A stretch of 64,000 nucleotides of DNA. It comes from the human T2T-CHM13v2.0 reference genome, Homo sapiens. Shown piece by piece: positions 28,196-40,720 of the stretch (within the stretch, counting starts at the first letter, position 1; the number at the start of each line of letters is the position of its first letter). The stretch lies in the NCBI RefSeq assembly GCF_009914755.1, contig NC_060927.1; one strand, 5' to 3'. The notes beneath the pieces were generated by a model. The model was not told where the DNA came from. It did not search any database and worked only from the letters and a program-made list of their open reading frames with translations. A program made the position numbers and the translations under genes.

Positions 28196-29992
28196 GTTAC
28201 TTTTACCCAGATCTCTGCTCAAGTGTTACTTCCATAGAGAGGACTTCCCCAATTTCTATATTACATATAAACAGTTCCGGTCCTATCTCAAATTAAAATC
28301 TGCATTTATTCACTTTTTCATTTTTTGTTCCCATACTCACGGCCATGATCCCAGCATCTGTGACTATGACTAGCACTTAGTAGGCACCCAATAGGTATGT
28401 GTTAAATGAATGAGTTAAAAAGGAGAGACAGGAAGTATCTCTAACTCAATGTTAAGAGACTGCAAAAACTCTATTAGGCTGAAAACTAGGAAGTATAATT
28501 CTTCAAAGTAATAACAGAAATAAAACTTGAAGACATGTTCTTTTGTGTATGCAATAGTGTATGCTGATTGTTCTCAAGCTGCCAACTACCCTTAACAGTG
28601 CTCTGCTGTGAAGACACAAAAGGGGCAGGAGGGTGGATCAGACAGACTTCATATGAGCCACAATGCAGGTCCAGCCAAAGTAGCAAGGATACAGTTGGAA
28701 TATAAATGCCTTTACCCACCTCTCACTGTTTTCTTCTCCTGAAAATTGCTCTACATTATGATCTCTCTCTCTTTCTCTATCTCTTGTCTCATACTTGGCT
28801 TTCCTCTGTCCATGCAAAGGGCCTCCTTGTGATATCCCACATTCTCTTTTATCCTGACACATTGCATAGACTCCTGTTGTGGGTACTGTGTAGTTATATA
28901 ACCAGAGTTGGGATGTTTTACTGCCTTGATGCTTGCGTTGTGGGTCTGTGTAATCTTTGCATTCAAAGTGTGATAACAGACACTGGACATAGCGCATAAC
29001 ACTCAGAGCTGCACTCCAGGTACTAAGATGTCATGAGGCCCACGAGAGAGATGCACATTTCTGCAAGGGCGTCAAGGGACCCAGGAGAGGAAGGTAAAAG
29101 CCACTACGAGGTCCTCTGAGGGCAAACGCTCCCTGCTCTCTCCTGACAATGATCCCCAATGCATGAAGTAGGATATAGTGTGTTAAGGTGATAAGGGCTG
29201 AGGATGAAGTGGGTTGGCTGAACTGGCAAAGCACTGTGAACTGGAAATGTGTTAGTGTGTGGAAAAGTAATGTTACCTTGGATGAGAGCTCACTCCTCTC
29301 GTGAACTAGACTTTTCCCTCAAGTGCCTTCCCCCATAATACGGTCAGTAAAATCTTCTAAAGCCCTGAGAACTGGAATCATCTCACGATCTATAGTAACC
29401 CAAAGTGGCCTAGCAACTAGGGGTGGACCCTGTTAACTATTCACATCGCCACCCTGACAAAAGTCTTCCTGCTCCCATTTCAAGGCTCTCTCCACACTTG
29501 GTTTCTCTGACCTTTCTGAACCTTTCACCGTATCTTGCTCTCTGGACTGCAGCCCCTGGCTGTGAATACATATTTAGTCTCTCAGCCTGCCCTTCCTATA
29601 GACATATTATTTGATGCTTATGCAAAGATCACCCTTAGCCTTCATCTTTCCATGCCTTTGCCATACACTACCTTCCTCCTCCCCACACTCCTGTAGTCAG
29701 ATGTGATGCTTCAAACTCAGCTTGAGCGCAGGTCTCATTTTCACCCTCCTCATACGCCTGTGGACAAGTTTGTCAGACCATTGGTTAAATATTCGACCAA
29801 GAGTGAGGTTGGTAAAAGGAAGGCATATTTATGAGACAGAACAAAGGCTTTGCATTAAACAAAACAAAATGGCAGTTTTCCTTCTTGCTGAAACCCTCAC
29901 TTGGATATTCCTCCAGAATCAGAGCTTTCCAAGACTCCACATGATTCATCCCCTCTCCCATACTTAGCTGTCTGGATTACAGCCCTTAGTTC

Positions 29993-30302
<310 letters not shown>

Positions 30303-31399
30303 TAGGAGTCTCTAGGTTGTTCTGCCTGAGAGATTCTGATAGTTCAGCTAGTTTCAACCAGAATGCTGAACCCATTATTTTGAGCATGAATCTGCTCTCC
30401 TGTTATATTACTAAGAAGAAAAACAAGGTATTCCATTAAATCTGTGGGCACATCCTCAAAAGCACATAGTTTTGCCGAGATCTTACACCTGACAATGGAA
30501 GTGCTTGCACGATGCAGGTAGTAAAACGGAAAATAGGAATCAGGAAGCTGATCAGGAACCAGCTCAGGGCTTTGAAAAGGAGAAGGCCAGTGAGCGCCCA
30601 CCATTTGCAGGTTGACAGAGTCAATTTTTTTTTTAAACCTGGGCTCAAAGAGAGATTAGGCAGCTGGATGGGGAGCAGACTAAAAAATATGTTCACCTTT
30701 AAATAAATCAGCAACGAAATTGGAGGAGGATTATACCTCAGGGACAAAAGAGGAAGAAGAACATGAATACCTGCTTTACTTGAAATGCCTCCCTTCTCCC
30801 AGCCTTTCCTGCATGGAGTATGACAAGAGAGGCCCTTGGTAACCTTCACTTTAATTAGAATCATTAACTGCAAATGGAAGTAAGAACAACTCAACTCTCC
30901 TTGTCTAATTACAGGGGCTACCTTACTCCTGTCTGTAAAAGGCACCAATATTGTCCTATGAGGCCCTGGCATGAAGACTTTGCTACTCTCTCAAGTACCA
31001 AGAACAGCCTTGGAGTGGAAGAAAGAACATATTTGACTCTACCATGGAAATTCTTCTATACCTCAACATCATTCCTTCATCATACTCACATCCTGGCTTG
31101 ACAGAACTTATGTATCCCTGAAAGCCAAAGGCAGCTTAAGGGACAGGATAGTGGAGAAAAATGCAGCCCTGGAACTAGACTCCTTGTGCATGCATCCTCA
31201 TCACACCACTGACTGCTACCTGGAGCAAATTACTTCATATCTCCAGATTCCAGTTTCCTCATCCGTAAGAAAGGCACAACACCACTGTCTACATCTCATC
31301 ATAGTTTTTCCCTGACAATTAATAATACATTACATAAAATAAATCTTTAATAAAGTCCTAGGACTCAGTACTAGGTACTGTCTAAATACTAGCTATGAT

Positions 31400-31800
31400 T
31401 TAACATTTTTATTGGTAAAGTTTTAGAAACACTTGCTTTGAGATTATGGATTCAAAGGAAGGTACAAAATAGTACAGAGAGATCCCTGGTAGTGTACTCT
31501 TCATCTAGTTTCTCAAAGTACTATGCTGACATAGTTTATAAAATATAACATACCTATAGTACAATATCAAACCCAGGACACTGACATTGGTACAATGCGT
31601 GTGTATAGTTAGTTCAATGCCATTTTATCTCATGTGGAGATTGGTATAACTACCATTGCGCTCAAGATACAGAATGAATCCATTACCACCCAAATCACCA
31701 TTGTAATCCTTTGGGGAGGCACTCCTGTTCCTTCTCCTCCATCCATTACAAGACTGGCAACCCCACAACCACTAATCTGTTCTCCACCTCCACACTTTCG
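31400..31800 (-). mobile_element. L1MC-type 3' fragment; resumes at about 35197-36180 after the nested L1PA and Alu insertions
   Basis: tatagtacaatatcaaacccagga...ggcaaccccacaaccactaatctgttctcca and later ttgttcctttttattgctgggtaatattctatggtatagatgtacca. Confidence 0.7.
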
Positions 31801-31847
31801 TTTATTTTTCTTGAATGGTGCAATAATATGCTGCCCTTTATTAAACA

Positions 31848-34800
31848 TTTTTTTCTTTTTTTTTTATTTAAACTTTTATTTTAGGTTCAAGAGTTTAAGC
31901 GCAAGTTTGTTATATAGGGAAATTGTAAGTCACAGGGGTTTCGTATAAATATTTTTTCATCACCCAGGTAACAGGCATAGTACCCAATGGGTAATTCTTT
32001 GATCCGCTCCCTTCACCCACCTTCTACACTCAAATATGTCCTGGTGTCTATTGTTTCTTTCTCTGTATCCAAGTGTACTAAATGTTTAGCTCCCACTTAT
32101 AAGTGGGAATATGCAGTATTTGGTTTTCTGTTCCTATGTTAATTTGCTTAGGATACTAGCCTTCAGCTCCATAAATGTTGCTGCAGAGGACATGATCTCA
32201 TTCTTTTTTGTGGCTGCATAGTACTCCATGGTGCATATTTAGTACATTTTCTTTGTCCAGTCTACCTTGGATGGGCTTTTAGGTTGATTATATGCCTTTG
32301 CTATTATGAAAACTACTGCAATGAATATGTCTATGTATGTGTCTTTATGGTAGAATGATTTATTTTCCTTTGTGTATATACTCAGCACTGGGATTGCTGG
32401 GCTGAATAGTAGTTCTGTATTAAGTTGAGAAATTGCCAAACAACCTTCCACAATGGCTGAGCTAGTTTACATTCCCACAAGCAGTGTATAAGCAGTCCCC
32501 TTCCTCCACAACCTCACCACTACCTGCTATTTTTTGACTTGTTAGTAATAGCCATTCTGAATGGTATGAGATGGTATCTTATTGTGTTTTTGATTTGCAT
32601 TTCTCTAATGATTAGTGATGTTGAGCATTTTTTCATCTGCTTGTTGGCCTCATGTATGTCTTCTTTTGAGAAGTATCTGTTCATGTCCTTTGCCAACTTT
32701 TAAATAGGGTTGTTTTTGCTTGTTAATTTATTTAAATTCCTTATAGAGTCTGAATCTTATACTTTTGTCAGATGCATAGTTTGCAAATATTTTCTCCTAT
32801 TCTCTAGGTTGTCTGTTTACTCTGTTGATAGTTTCTTTTGCTATGCATAAGCTCTTTAGCTTAATTAGGTTCCATTTGTCTTTTTTTTTTTTTGGTCACA
32901 ATTGCTTTTGGCATCTTTGTCATGAAATATTTTCCAGAGACCGTGTACAGAATGGTATTTCCTAAGTTATCTTCCAGAGTTTTTACATTTAAGTCTTCAG
33001 TAGTTTTAGGTTTTACATTTAAGTCTTTAATCCATCTTGAGTTTATTTTTGCATACATTAAAAGGAAGGGGTTCAGTTTCAGTCTTCTGCATATGGCTAG
33101 TCAGTTATTCAAGCACCATTTATTGAAAAAGGAGTCCTTTCCCCTTTTGGTCAGCTTTGTTGAAGATCAGATGGTTGTAGGTTTGCAGCTTTATTTCTGG
33201 GCTCTCTATTCTGTTCCATTGGTCTGTGAGTCTGGTTTTGTACCAGTACCATGCTGTTTTGGCTACTGTAGCCTTGTAGTACAGTTTGAAGTCAGATAAT
33301 GTGATGCCTCCAGCTTCACTTTTTGCTTAGGACTGCTTTGGCTATTCTGGCTCTTTTTAGATTCCATATGAATTTTAGAATAAATTTTTCTAATTCTGTG
33401 AGAAGTCACGTTGGTAGTTTGATAGGAACAGGACAGAATCTATAAATTGCTTTGGGCAGTGTGGCCATTTTAACAGTATTGATTCTTCCTATCCACGAGC
33501 ATGGAATGTTTCTCCATTTGTGTTGTCTCTGATTTCTTTCAGGAGTGTTTTATAATTCTCAATGTAAAGATCTTTCACCTCCATGGTTAGATGTATTAGG
33601 TATTTTTTTGTGTGTGTTTGACTGTTGTGAATGGGACTGCATTCTTGATTTGGCTCTCACCTTGAATACTGTTGGTGTATAGAAAAAGCTACTAATTTTT
33701 TACATTGACTTTGTATGCTGAAACCTTGCTGAAGTTGTTTATCAAATTAAAGAGCTTTTGGACAGAGACTACAGGGTTTCCCAGGCATAAAATCATATCA
33801 TTTCCAACAGATGGTTTAACTTCCCGTCTTGCTATTTATATGCCTTTTATTTCTTTCTCTTGACTGATTGCTCTGGCTAGGACTTCCAGTACTATGTTGA
33901 AAAGGAGTGGTGAGAGTGGGCATCCTTGTTTTATTACAGTTCTCAAGGGGAATGCTTCCAGCTTTTGTTCATTTGGTATGATGTTGGCTATGGATTTGTC
34001 ATTATTATTTTGAGGTAAGTTCATTCTTCCAATGCCTAGTTTGTTGAGGATTTTTAACAAGAAGGATGTCTAATTTTATCAAAAGGCTTTTCTACATCTA
34101 TTGAGATAATCATGTGGTTTTTGTTTTTAGTTCTGTTTTTGTGATGAATCACATTTATTGATTTGTATATATTGAGTCAACCTTGCATGCCAGGGATAAA
34201 GCCTACTTGATCATAGTGGATTAGCTTTTTGATGCGCTGCTGGATTCAGTTTGCTAGTATTTGGTTGCGGATTTTTATATCTATGTTCATCAAAGATACT
34301 GGCCTGAACTTTTCTATTTTTATTGTGTCTCTGCCAGATTTTGGTATCAGAAAAATGCTGGCCTCACAGAAGGAGTTAGGGAGAAGGTCCTCCTCCTACA
34401 TTTTTCAGAATAGTTTCAGTGGGAATAGTACCAGCTCCTCTTTATATGTCTAGTAGAATTTGGCTGTGAATCTGTCTGGTCCGTGGCTTTTTCTAGTTGT
34501 TGGGCAATTTATTACTGATTCAATTTTGGAAATGTTATTGGTCTGTCCAGGGTTTCCGTTTCTTCCTGGTTCAATCTTAACAGGTTGCATATTTCCAGAA
34601 ATTTATCCACTTCTTGTACGTTTTCTAATTTGTGTGCATAGAAGTAGTAGTAATAGTCTCTGGGGAGTTTTTTGGTATTTCTGGGGGGTTGGTGGTAATG
34701 TCCCCTTTGTCATTTCTAACTTTGTTTATTTGAATCTTCTTTTTTCCTTATTAGTCTAGCTAGTGGTCTATCAATCTGATTAATTTTTTCAAAGACCCAA

Positions 34801-35196
34801 TTTATGGTTTTGTTGATCTTTTGTATGGTTTTCCATGTCTTAATTTCATTCAGTTTAGCTCCGATTTTATTTGATGCTCTGAGGGTTTGATTATGGTATA
34901 AGAGGTTCAGTTGATGAGCTTCATTTCTGGAAGATTTCAGGGGGCCAAGGCTTAGCTCAGCACTCCTGGGGGAGTATGCTGCAACCCTGGGGGGGCTGGT
35001 ACCAGTCCCCCAGCTTTGTTCTCTGCCCCTCAAGGTTAAGAACCTACTGTGCTGGAGGGGCATAGGTGTTCCCCATCTTCTGGAAACAACACTCTGACAG
35101 AGGATGCTGGCCAAAGCACTTCACTGGGGCAGTGGCAGCAGGATCCATGCTTACTAGCATGTGCTGGCAACAGTGGCAGAATGGTGGGTGTATGCC
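31848..35196 (-). mobile_element. L1PA15/16-like (L1P4) element of about 3.3 kb: decayed ORF2 and 3'UTR joined at about 34870 to a 5'UTR segment
   Basis: Poly(T) followed by aacttttattttaggttca. ORF2 peptides are visible in the ORF track ([16 protein letters not shown]; [33 protein letters not shown]; [13 protein letters not shown]). Confidence 0.93.
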
Positions 35197-35563
35197 AATT
35201 TTGTTTTTTTGAAAATCTATATAAAAGAATCCTATATTATCTGACCTTTTAAAGTGGGCTTTTGTCATTTAACATTAATGCCCTTGAGATCCATACAAGC
35301 TGTTTTGTGTATTAATAGTTTGTTCCTTTTTATTGCTGGGTAATATTCTATGGTATAGATGTACCACTGTTTGTTTAACCATTCACCTGCTGAAGAACCT
35401 TTTGACTGTGTCCAGTTTTCAGCTACTATAAACTACCTGTGAACATTCATTCATGTACAGATTTTTGTGTACACATAGGTTTCCCTTTCTCTGGGATAAA
35501 TGCCCTTGGGTGCAATTGTTGGGTCCTATGATAAGTATACGTTTGGTTTTTAAGAAATCACTC

Positions 35564-35944
<381 letters not shown>

Positions 35945-36214
35945 TCAGAGAGATTTGGTTTCTGTTACCCTCACCAGCATCTGGTGCTGTCATTTTAAAA
36001 ATTGTCCTAATGTATGCAGTGATAACTCATCATGGCCTTAATTTGCATTTCCCTATGGGCTGGTGACGTTGAGTATCTTTTCATGTGCTACGTGCCACCC
36101 TTTATTATCTTCAATGAAATGTCTATTTATGTCTTTTGTCCACTCTACTTGTATTGTTCATTTTTTCTATCATAAAGTTTTTTTTTTCCCCACAGTTCCA
36201 TGAATACTATAGAC

Positions 36215-36478
36215 TTTTTTTCCTTTTTCAACTTTTATTTTAGACTTGGGGGAACATGTGCAGGTTTGTTACCTGAGTAAAGGTAACTACTGTGTGAAGC
36301 TGAGGTTTGGGGGATGAATGATCCTGTTACCCAGGCAGTGAGCATAGGACCCAATAGTTGGTTTTTCAACCCTTACCTCCTCTTCCTCTCCCTCTACTCA
36401 AGTAATCCATAGTCTATATTGTTACCATCTTTATGTCCATGAGTACCTGATGTTTAGCTCCCTTTTGTGAGAACACAC
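36215..36478 (-). mobile_element. Short L1PA/PB 3'-end fragment
   Basis: caacttttattttagac...acatgtgcaggtttgttac...atgtttagctccc. Confidence 0.85.
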
Positions 36479-38258
36479 ATATACCAGAGTTTTGAGAATT
36501 CATTATATCTTCTAGATATGAGTCCTTCATCAGTAACTTTTTAAGTTTCAGAGATGCTCTCTCATTCCCTTCAACTACGAGTGATCTCTTCTTTCCCTAA
36601 CTTCTTTACAAATTTTCACATAGGACCTTTTATCCTGTCTATCTTGAGTCTGCCATAGATGGCCCTCCCTAACTGCCTCACTCATCTATGAACAGGCTCT
36701 ATTTCTGATTTGTCATCACTCAGTGTCTTGCTAACATTTGGGCACCTATCTGGCATTCCACTAATGTCCACCAAGTGACTGAATCAACTATACCTGGATT
36801 TTCATTCAGTTACTATAAGACTTCAGCCTAAAGCAAAAGCCACGGTTACCATGGATACACAGGCTTGGGATAGATATGTATCCTAAGCATTTAATACTTT
36901 GGAAAGGATAACTAATTACAAAAAGAAATACACACACTCAGATGTGTTAGTGATTAATTTCTTCTCAGCTACCACACTTCTAGCTAACGCTGTGACACAC
37001 TAACGTTTATTGAGGAGTTTCTATTTACGCCAACCTGGGGCTCACATTTGGCTAATTAAGAACACATACATTTCAGAACTTGTGATCTGTGGGCTGTGTT
37101 TACATATGAACATCATATTCAATACACAGGCAATTGTTTAGCACCTCTAACCTATTTCTAGCCTTATATTTAATTAGTGAGAATTGCTGATGGGGAACGC
37201 AGGGTATGACTTTGCATTAAACAAACAGCTATCCTCCTTACAAATCACAACAACAATGCATAATTAAACAATGAGCTACCTGAGCTTTATTCAGTCTTTC
37301 TTCCAAAGGAATTAAATCTCTAATGAGGACCAGGCCTCAGGAGGAACTGCAGAAGGAATAGAGGTAAGGAGACATAGGGGTCAATTCTAGCCCTGCTTCC
37401 TGGCCTTTCTGGGTCTTAATGTCCTTATTGTGAGATGAGGAAATGAATACTCCTCCCTGGCTCCCCATCCTTCTCTTCTTCTCTCTGGTATGCATGTTCT
37501 AAAGATCACATGCAATAACAGAGGCAAATCTCTTTGCTAAAGTAAAGCATAATATAAAATATAAGAATTGTCACTGCTGTGAGTTAAGAGGATTTCATTA
37601 TTTTTACACTGGAGAAGAAAAACAATTGCCATTAAACAGGTTCTCCATGACCTGTCCCCATCTCTTCCCTGCCCTCATCACCTGTCCTTCCTCTCCCTGT
37701 TCACATGTACCAGCCACCTGACCTTGCTTTGCTCCTTCCCATCATATCAGGCACATGCCAGCCTTGGGCAAATCCCCCTCCTCATCAAAGCCTTTCCATG
37801 ACCGATCCTCCAATTGAAACTATCACTCACTCCCCTCTTATATCACTTCTTTTAATACAGTCAGAGTACTTGCCACTGTCTAAAAAAACTGTTTATTTGT
37901 TTACTTGTTTTCTTTTCTTTTCTTTTCTGCTTTTCCTACTATTCTCTCCTGCTTTTCCTACTACTCTCCACCAGAATCAGGAGCAGTAAACTCAATGGCT
38001 CTGTCTTACTTCCATGCTACAAACTCAGGTGAGTTCACTGTAGCCTCCAGGAGGGAAATGTACATTATGTTCTCTGGGACAAAGCTCCCAGGCAACAGGC
38101 AAAAATGTTCCTTTTATTCTACACAACTTTGGAAAACACCTCTGAATCCAACGTTGAGAGCCATCATCCTTATGCTGAGTACTCAAGAGCTCCCAGGATT
38201 CTACAGCCCATAAATGAGACAATTTGACAAGAGTCACTAGTGGTGACCACAGTAATAG

Positions 38259-38334
38259 TATTAGGATGAACCACATGAAATCACTGAGATTCACTGTTTT
38301 GGCCCTAACCACTTTCATATGGTTTGGCATAGTA
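38259..38334. mobile_element. MADE2-like mariner MITE
   Basis: About 80 bp with terminal inverted repeats tattaggatgaaccacatgaaa...tttcatatggtttggcatagta. Confidence 0.75.
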
Positions 38335-39399
38335 ACAACAATGGCAGCAGGAGCCCTTGCTACATGCCAGGCTTTGTATTAAGGCTTTAATAGATACTAG
38401 TTCATTCACTTCCCACCACAATCTTATAACCTAAGTATTAATTACCTATGTGTTATGCATGGAAACAGCAAGGCTTAGGAAGGTTAAGGGATTTTTCCAG
38501 AGGAGAGGTGGTAGCATCAGGTCACAAACTTAACCCCGTATTATCCTGGAAGAGCTAATGTGTGTTCCCTTCCTAGGGACCACCATGAACCCACCTGGGT
38601 TCTGTGCATGGAAATAACACAGAAATGGAAGTTGCTGTTTTTTGCTTTATTGCCTCCACGACTTTGTAGCCATTGCTGTTGACTGGGAATCTCTAAATTA
38701 CACCAACACTCAGGGTCATCTGAGTTGACAACTTTCATGGCCACGGCCACTACTCCCAAGAAAAAAATAAGTTGGAGGTAAAATGGGGTATAAAACTATC
38801 TTCTAGCACTTTCTGCCAATTGTCTTTTACCCAGACAAGGAACTCTGAAGGACTCTGACATCAGTTTGCGATGCCTCAGCTACCTCTGTCCTTTGGCCAT
38901 CTCTGACCCTTCAGCCAACTTGGGACCCTCAGTCCTGGTAAGAGATCATCAGGCCTTGTGCCCCCCACCCCACCATCTTGGTGAGCTGACTCTTTCTTGC
39001 TCACACCATACCTAAGTTCCCAATAGAACTTTAGGGCATCTGAGATCCCACACAGGCCTCCCCACTGCTGGGATCAATGATCACCATCTCATGGAAAGCC
39101 TCTTCATTGAGATGTCCCCAGTTACATCACCCCACCAGCCCAGCATTCTCCTGGCTCACCTCTCTCCAGCCACAGAATTTGCATCTCACAGCTGAGAAAT
39201 GGGATTGGTCTTCTCCTCTCTCCATGTCTCTGAAAACATCACTCAACCACCTTGGCTCAATAGTCTCCTGCTTCAACCAGTGCCACTGAGCATGCCAATC
39301 TCTTTTTGTCATGTTGACATCATGTGTGGCCTTGATTTGCCTCCCCCAAATTCCTCCTAGGATGGCCCTTCTCACAGCCTTGATCTCATCCTGGGCACC

Positions 39400-40305
39400 T
39401 AAAGGGGTACTGAGAATGGTCCCTCCCACAGCTTTGACTGAAAGTTCTTGGATTCCTTCTATATCCAGTCAATTTCACTACCTTCTACTTTAGCTACTTA
39501 GTCTTGCGGATGTTTGAATTTTTTGGACACTGGATTTTTTTCATCGTATAAATGATTTCACATCCCAAATCTGACATTATGTAACACCTCTTTCCTGAAC
39601 AACCTGCCGAGTTTGTCTATAAGACCACCCACACTGTGCATTAAGTTCACCAGGTATAAAACATAGGTGGCCATTGCACCACCAAAGCCAGTATCCCAGA
39701 CACAGTGGGTTGGAGACCCTCGGGACATGCAGACATCTCCCCACTCCCAGTCAGCCATCTGACTCTGTGGAGTCTCCTCCCTCTCTTGTTACCATTCCTC
39801 AGTTGTGCCAATGTGACACGCCACTTCCAGACTCTCACCTCCCCTGACCAAAGCTAGAGGCATGGCCTTTCAATGATCTCGGCTTGTGGTCTCACCATAG
39901 AGTCTATATGCCACATTCCTGCTCAACATCTAGAGGTGTCACTTCAAGCTACCCTCCCATTATAGGGTATTAAGCTCTGAAGTTAGCCAGTAAGGGGGAA
40001 AACATGGTTAAACCACTCTGGAAAGATCCCTTAAACTGACCAACCTTCAACAAATCTGAAAAGTCTGATTTCTTTTTCTTGGAACCAAGCGCTGGTTCTG
40101 CATTTGAACACAAGTTGGAGTCCTGGTTAGGATTTGGAGGGCTAGAGGGTGCAAAAACGTCCTTATCCATTAGGGTCACACTCATCACAGCAAGATGCTC
40201 CCCTTGTGGACAGCTGTGTGGGACGGCAGCCAGTGAAGAGGAGACTAGCCACTCTGAAGCCTACGTTCCTTGAGTAGAATGGTCCACAATCTAAATCTAG
40301 GGGTT
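39400..40305 (-). mobile_element. Putative decayed Ty3/Gypsy-like LTR-retrotransposon integrase region
   Basis: Collinear degenerate motifs across frameshifts: LDLDCGPF, LMDKDVF..PP..NQDSNLCS, EWFNHVFP/LLANFRA, VTP, YDEK..KKFK..QD*V, KNFQSKLWEGPFSV. Recognised by eye only. Confidence 0.45.
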
Positions 40306-40314
40306 CACTCCTTC

Positions 40315-40720
40315 TCTCCCTCTGCATTTGTCTCTCTTTCCATGTCTGCTTGTGTCTGTCTCTCCACCCCCCGAAGTGTGTGTCTGGGTGTTTCTCTCTG
40401 AATCTCGGTCCCCTAGCGTATGTTGTGTCTGTCTTTATGTACGTATCTGTGTGTACCTGGCTCTGTGTCTCTCTCAGCATGTTACTGTGTTTCCATGTGT
40501 GTAAGGGTAAATCTCCCCTGTCTCTATCTCTTCTTGTCTTTCTCTGCATCTGTCCCTGTCTCTACGTGTGTACCTCTTTCTTGGTTTCTCTGTGGCTGTC
40601 TCTCTGTTTCTCTCTCGGTCTTGATGTCTCTCTGTGTGAGTGTCTCTCTCTCCTTATGACTGTCTTCATGCGTGCATTGGGTCCTTGTGTGCATGTCCTC
40701 CTCCTCCAGTGAGTGTCTCC
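40315..40720. repeat. Low-complexity (TG/TC)-rich tract
   Basis: tgtctgtctctc / tgtgtgtctg mosaic; source of the C/V/L/S-rich spurious ORFs. Confidence 0.85.

Noticed and set aside
30436-30972. 178-aa minus-strand ORF
   Set aside because: No recognisable homology or exon context; compatible with chance.
32239-35114. Reverse-transcriptase-like ORFs as an active element or novel RT system
   Set aside because: Fragments of a decayed L1 ORF2 with many stops and frameshifts.
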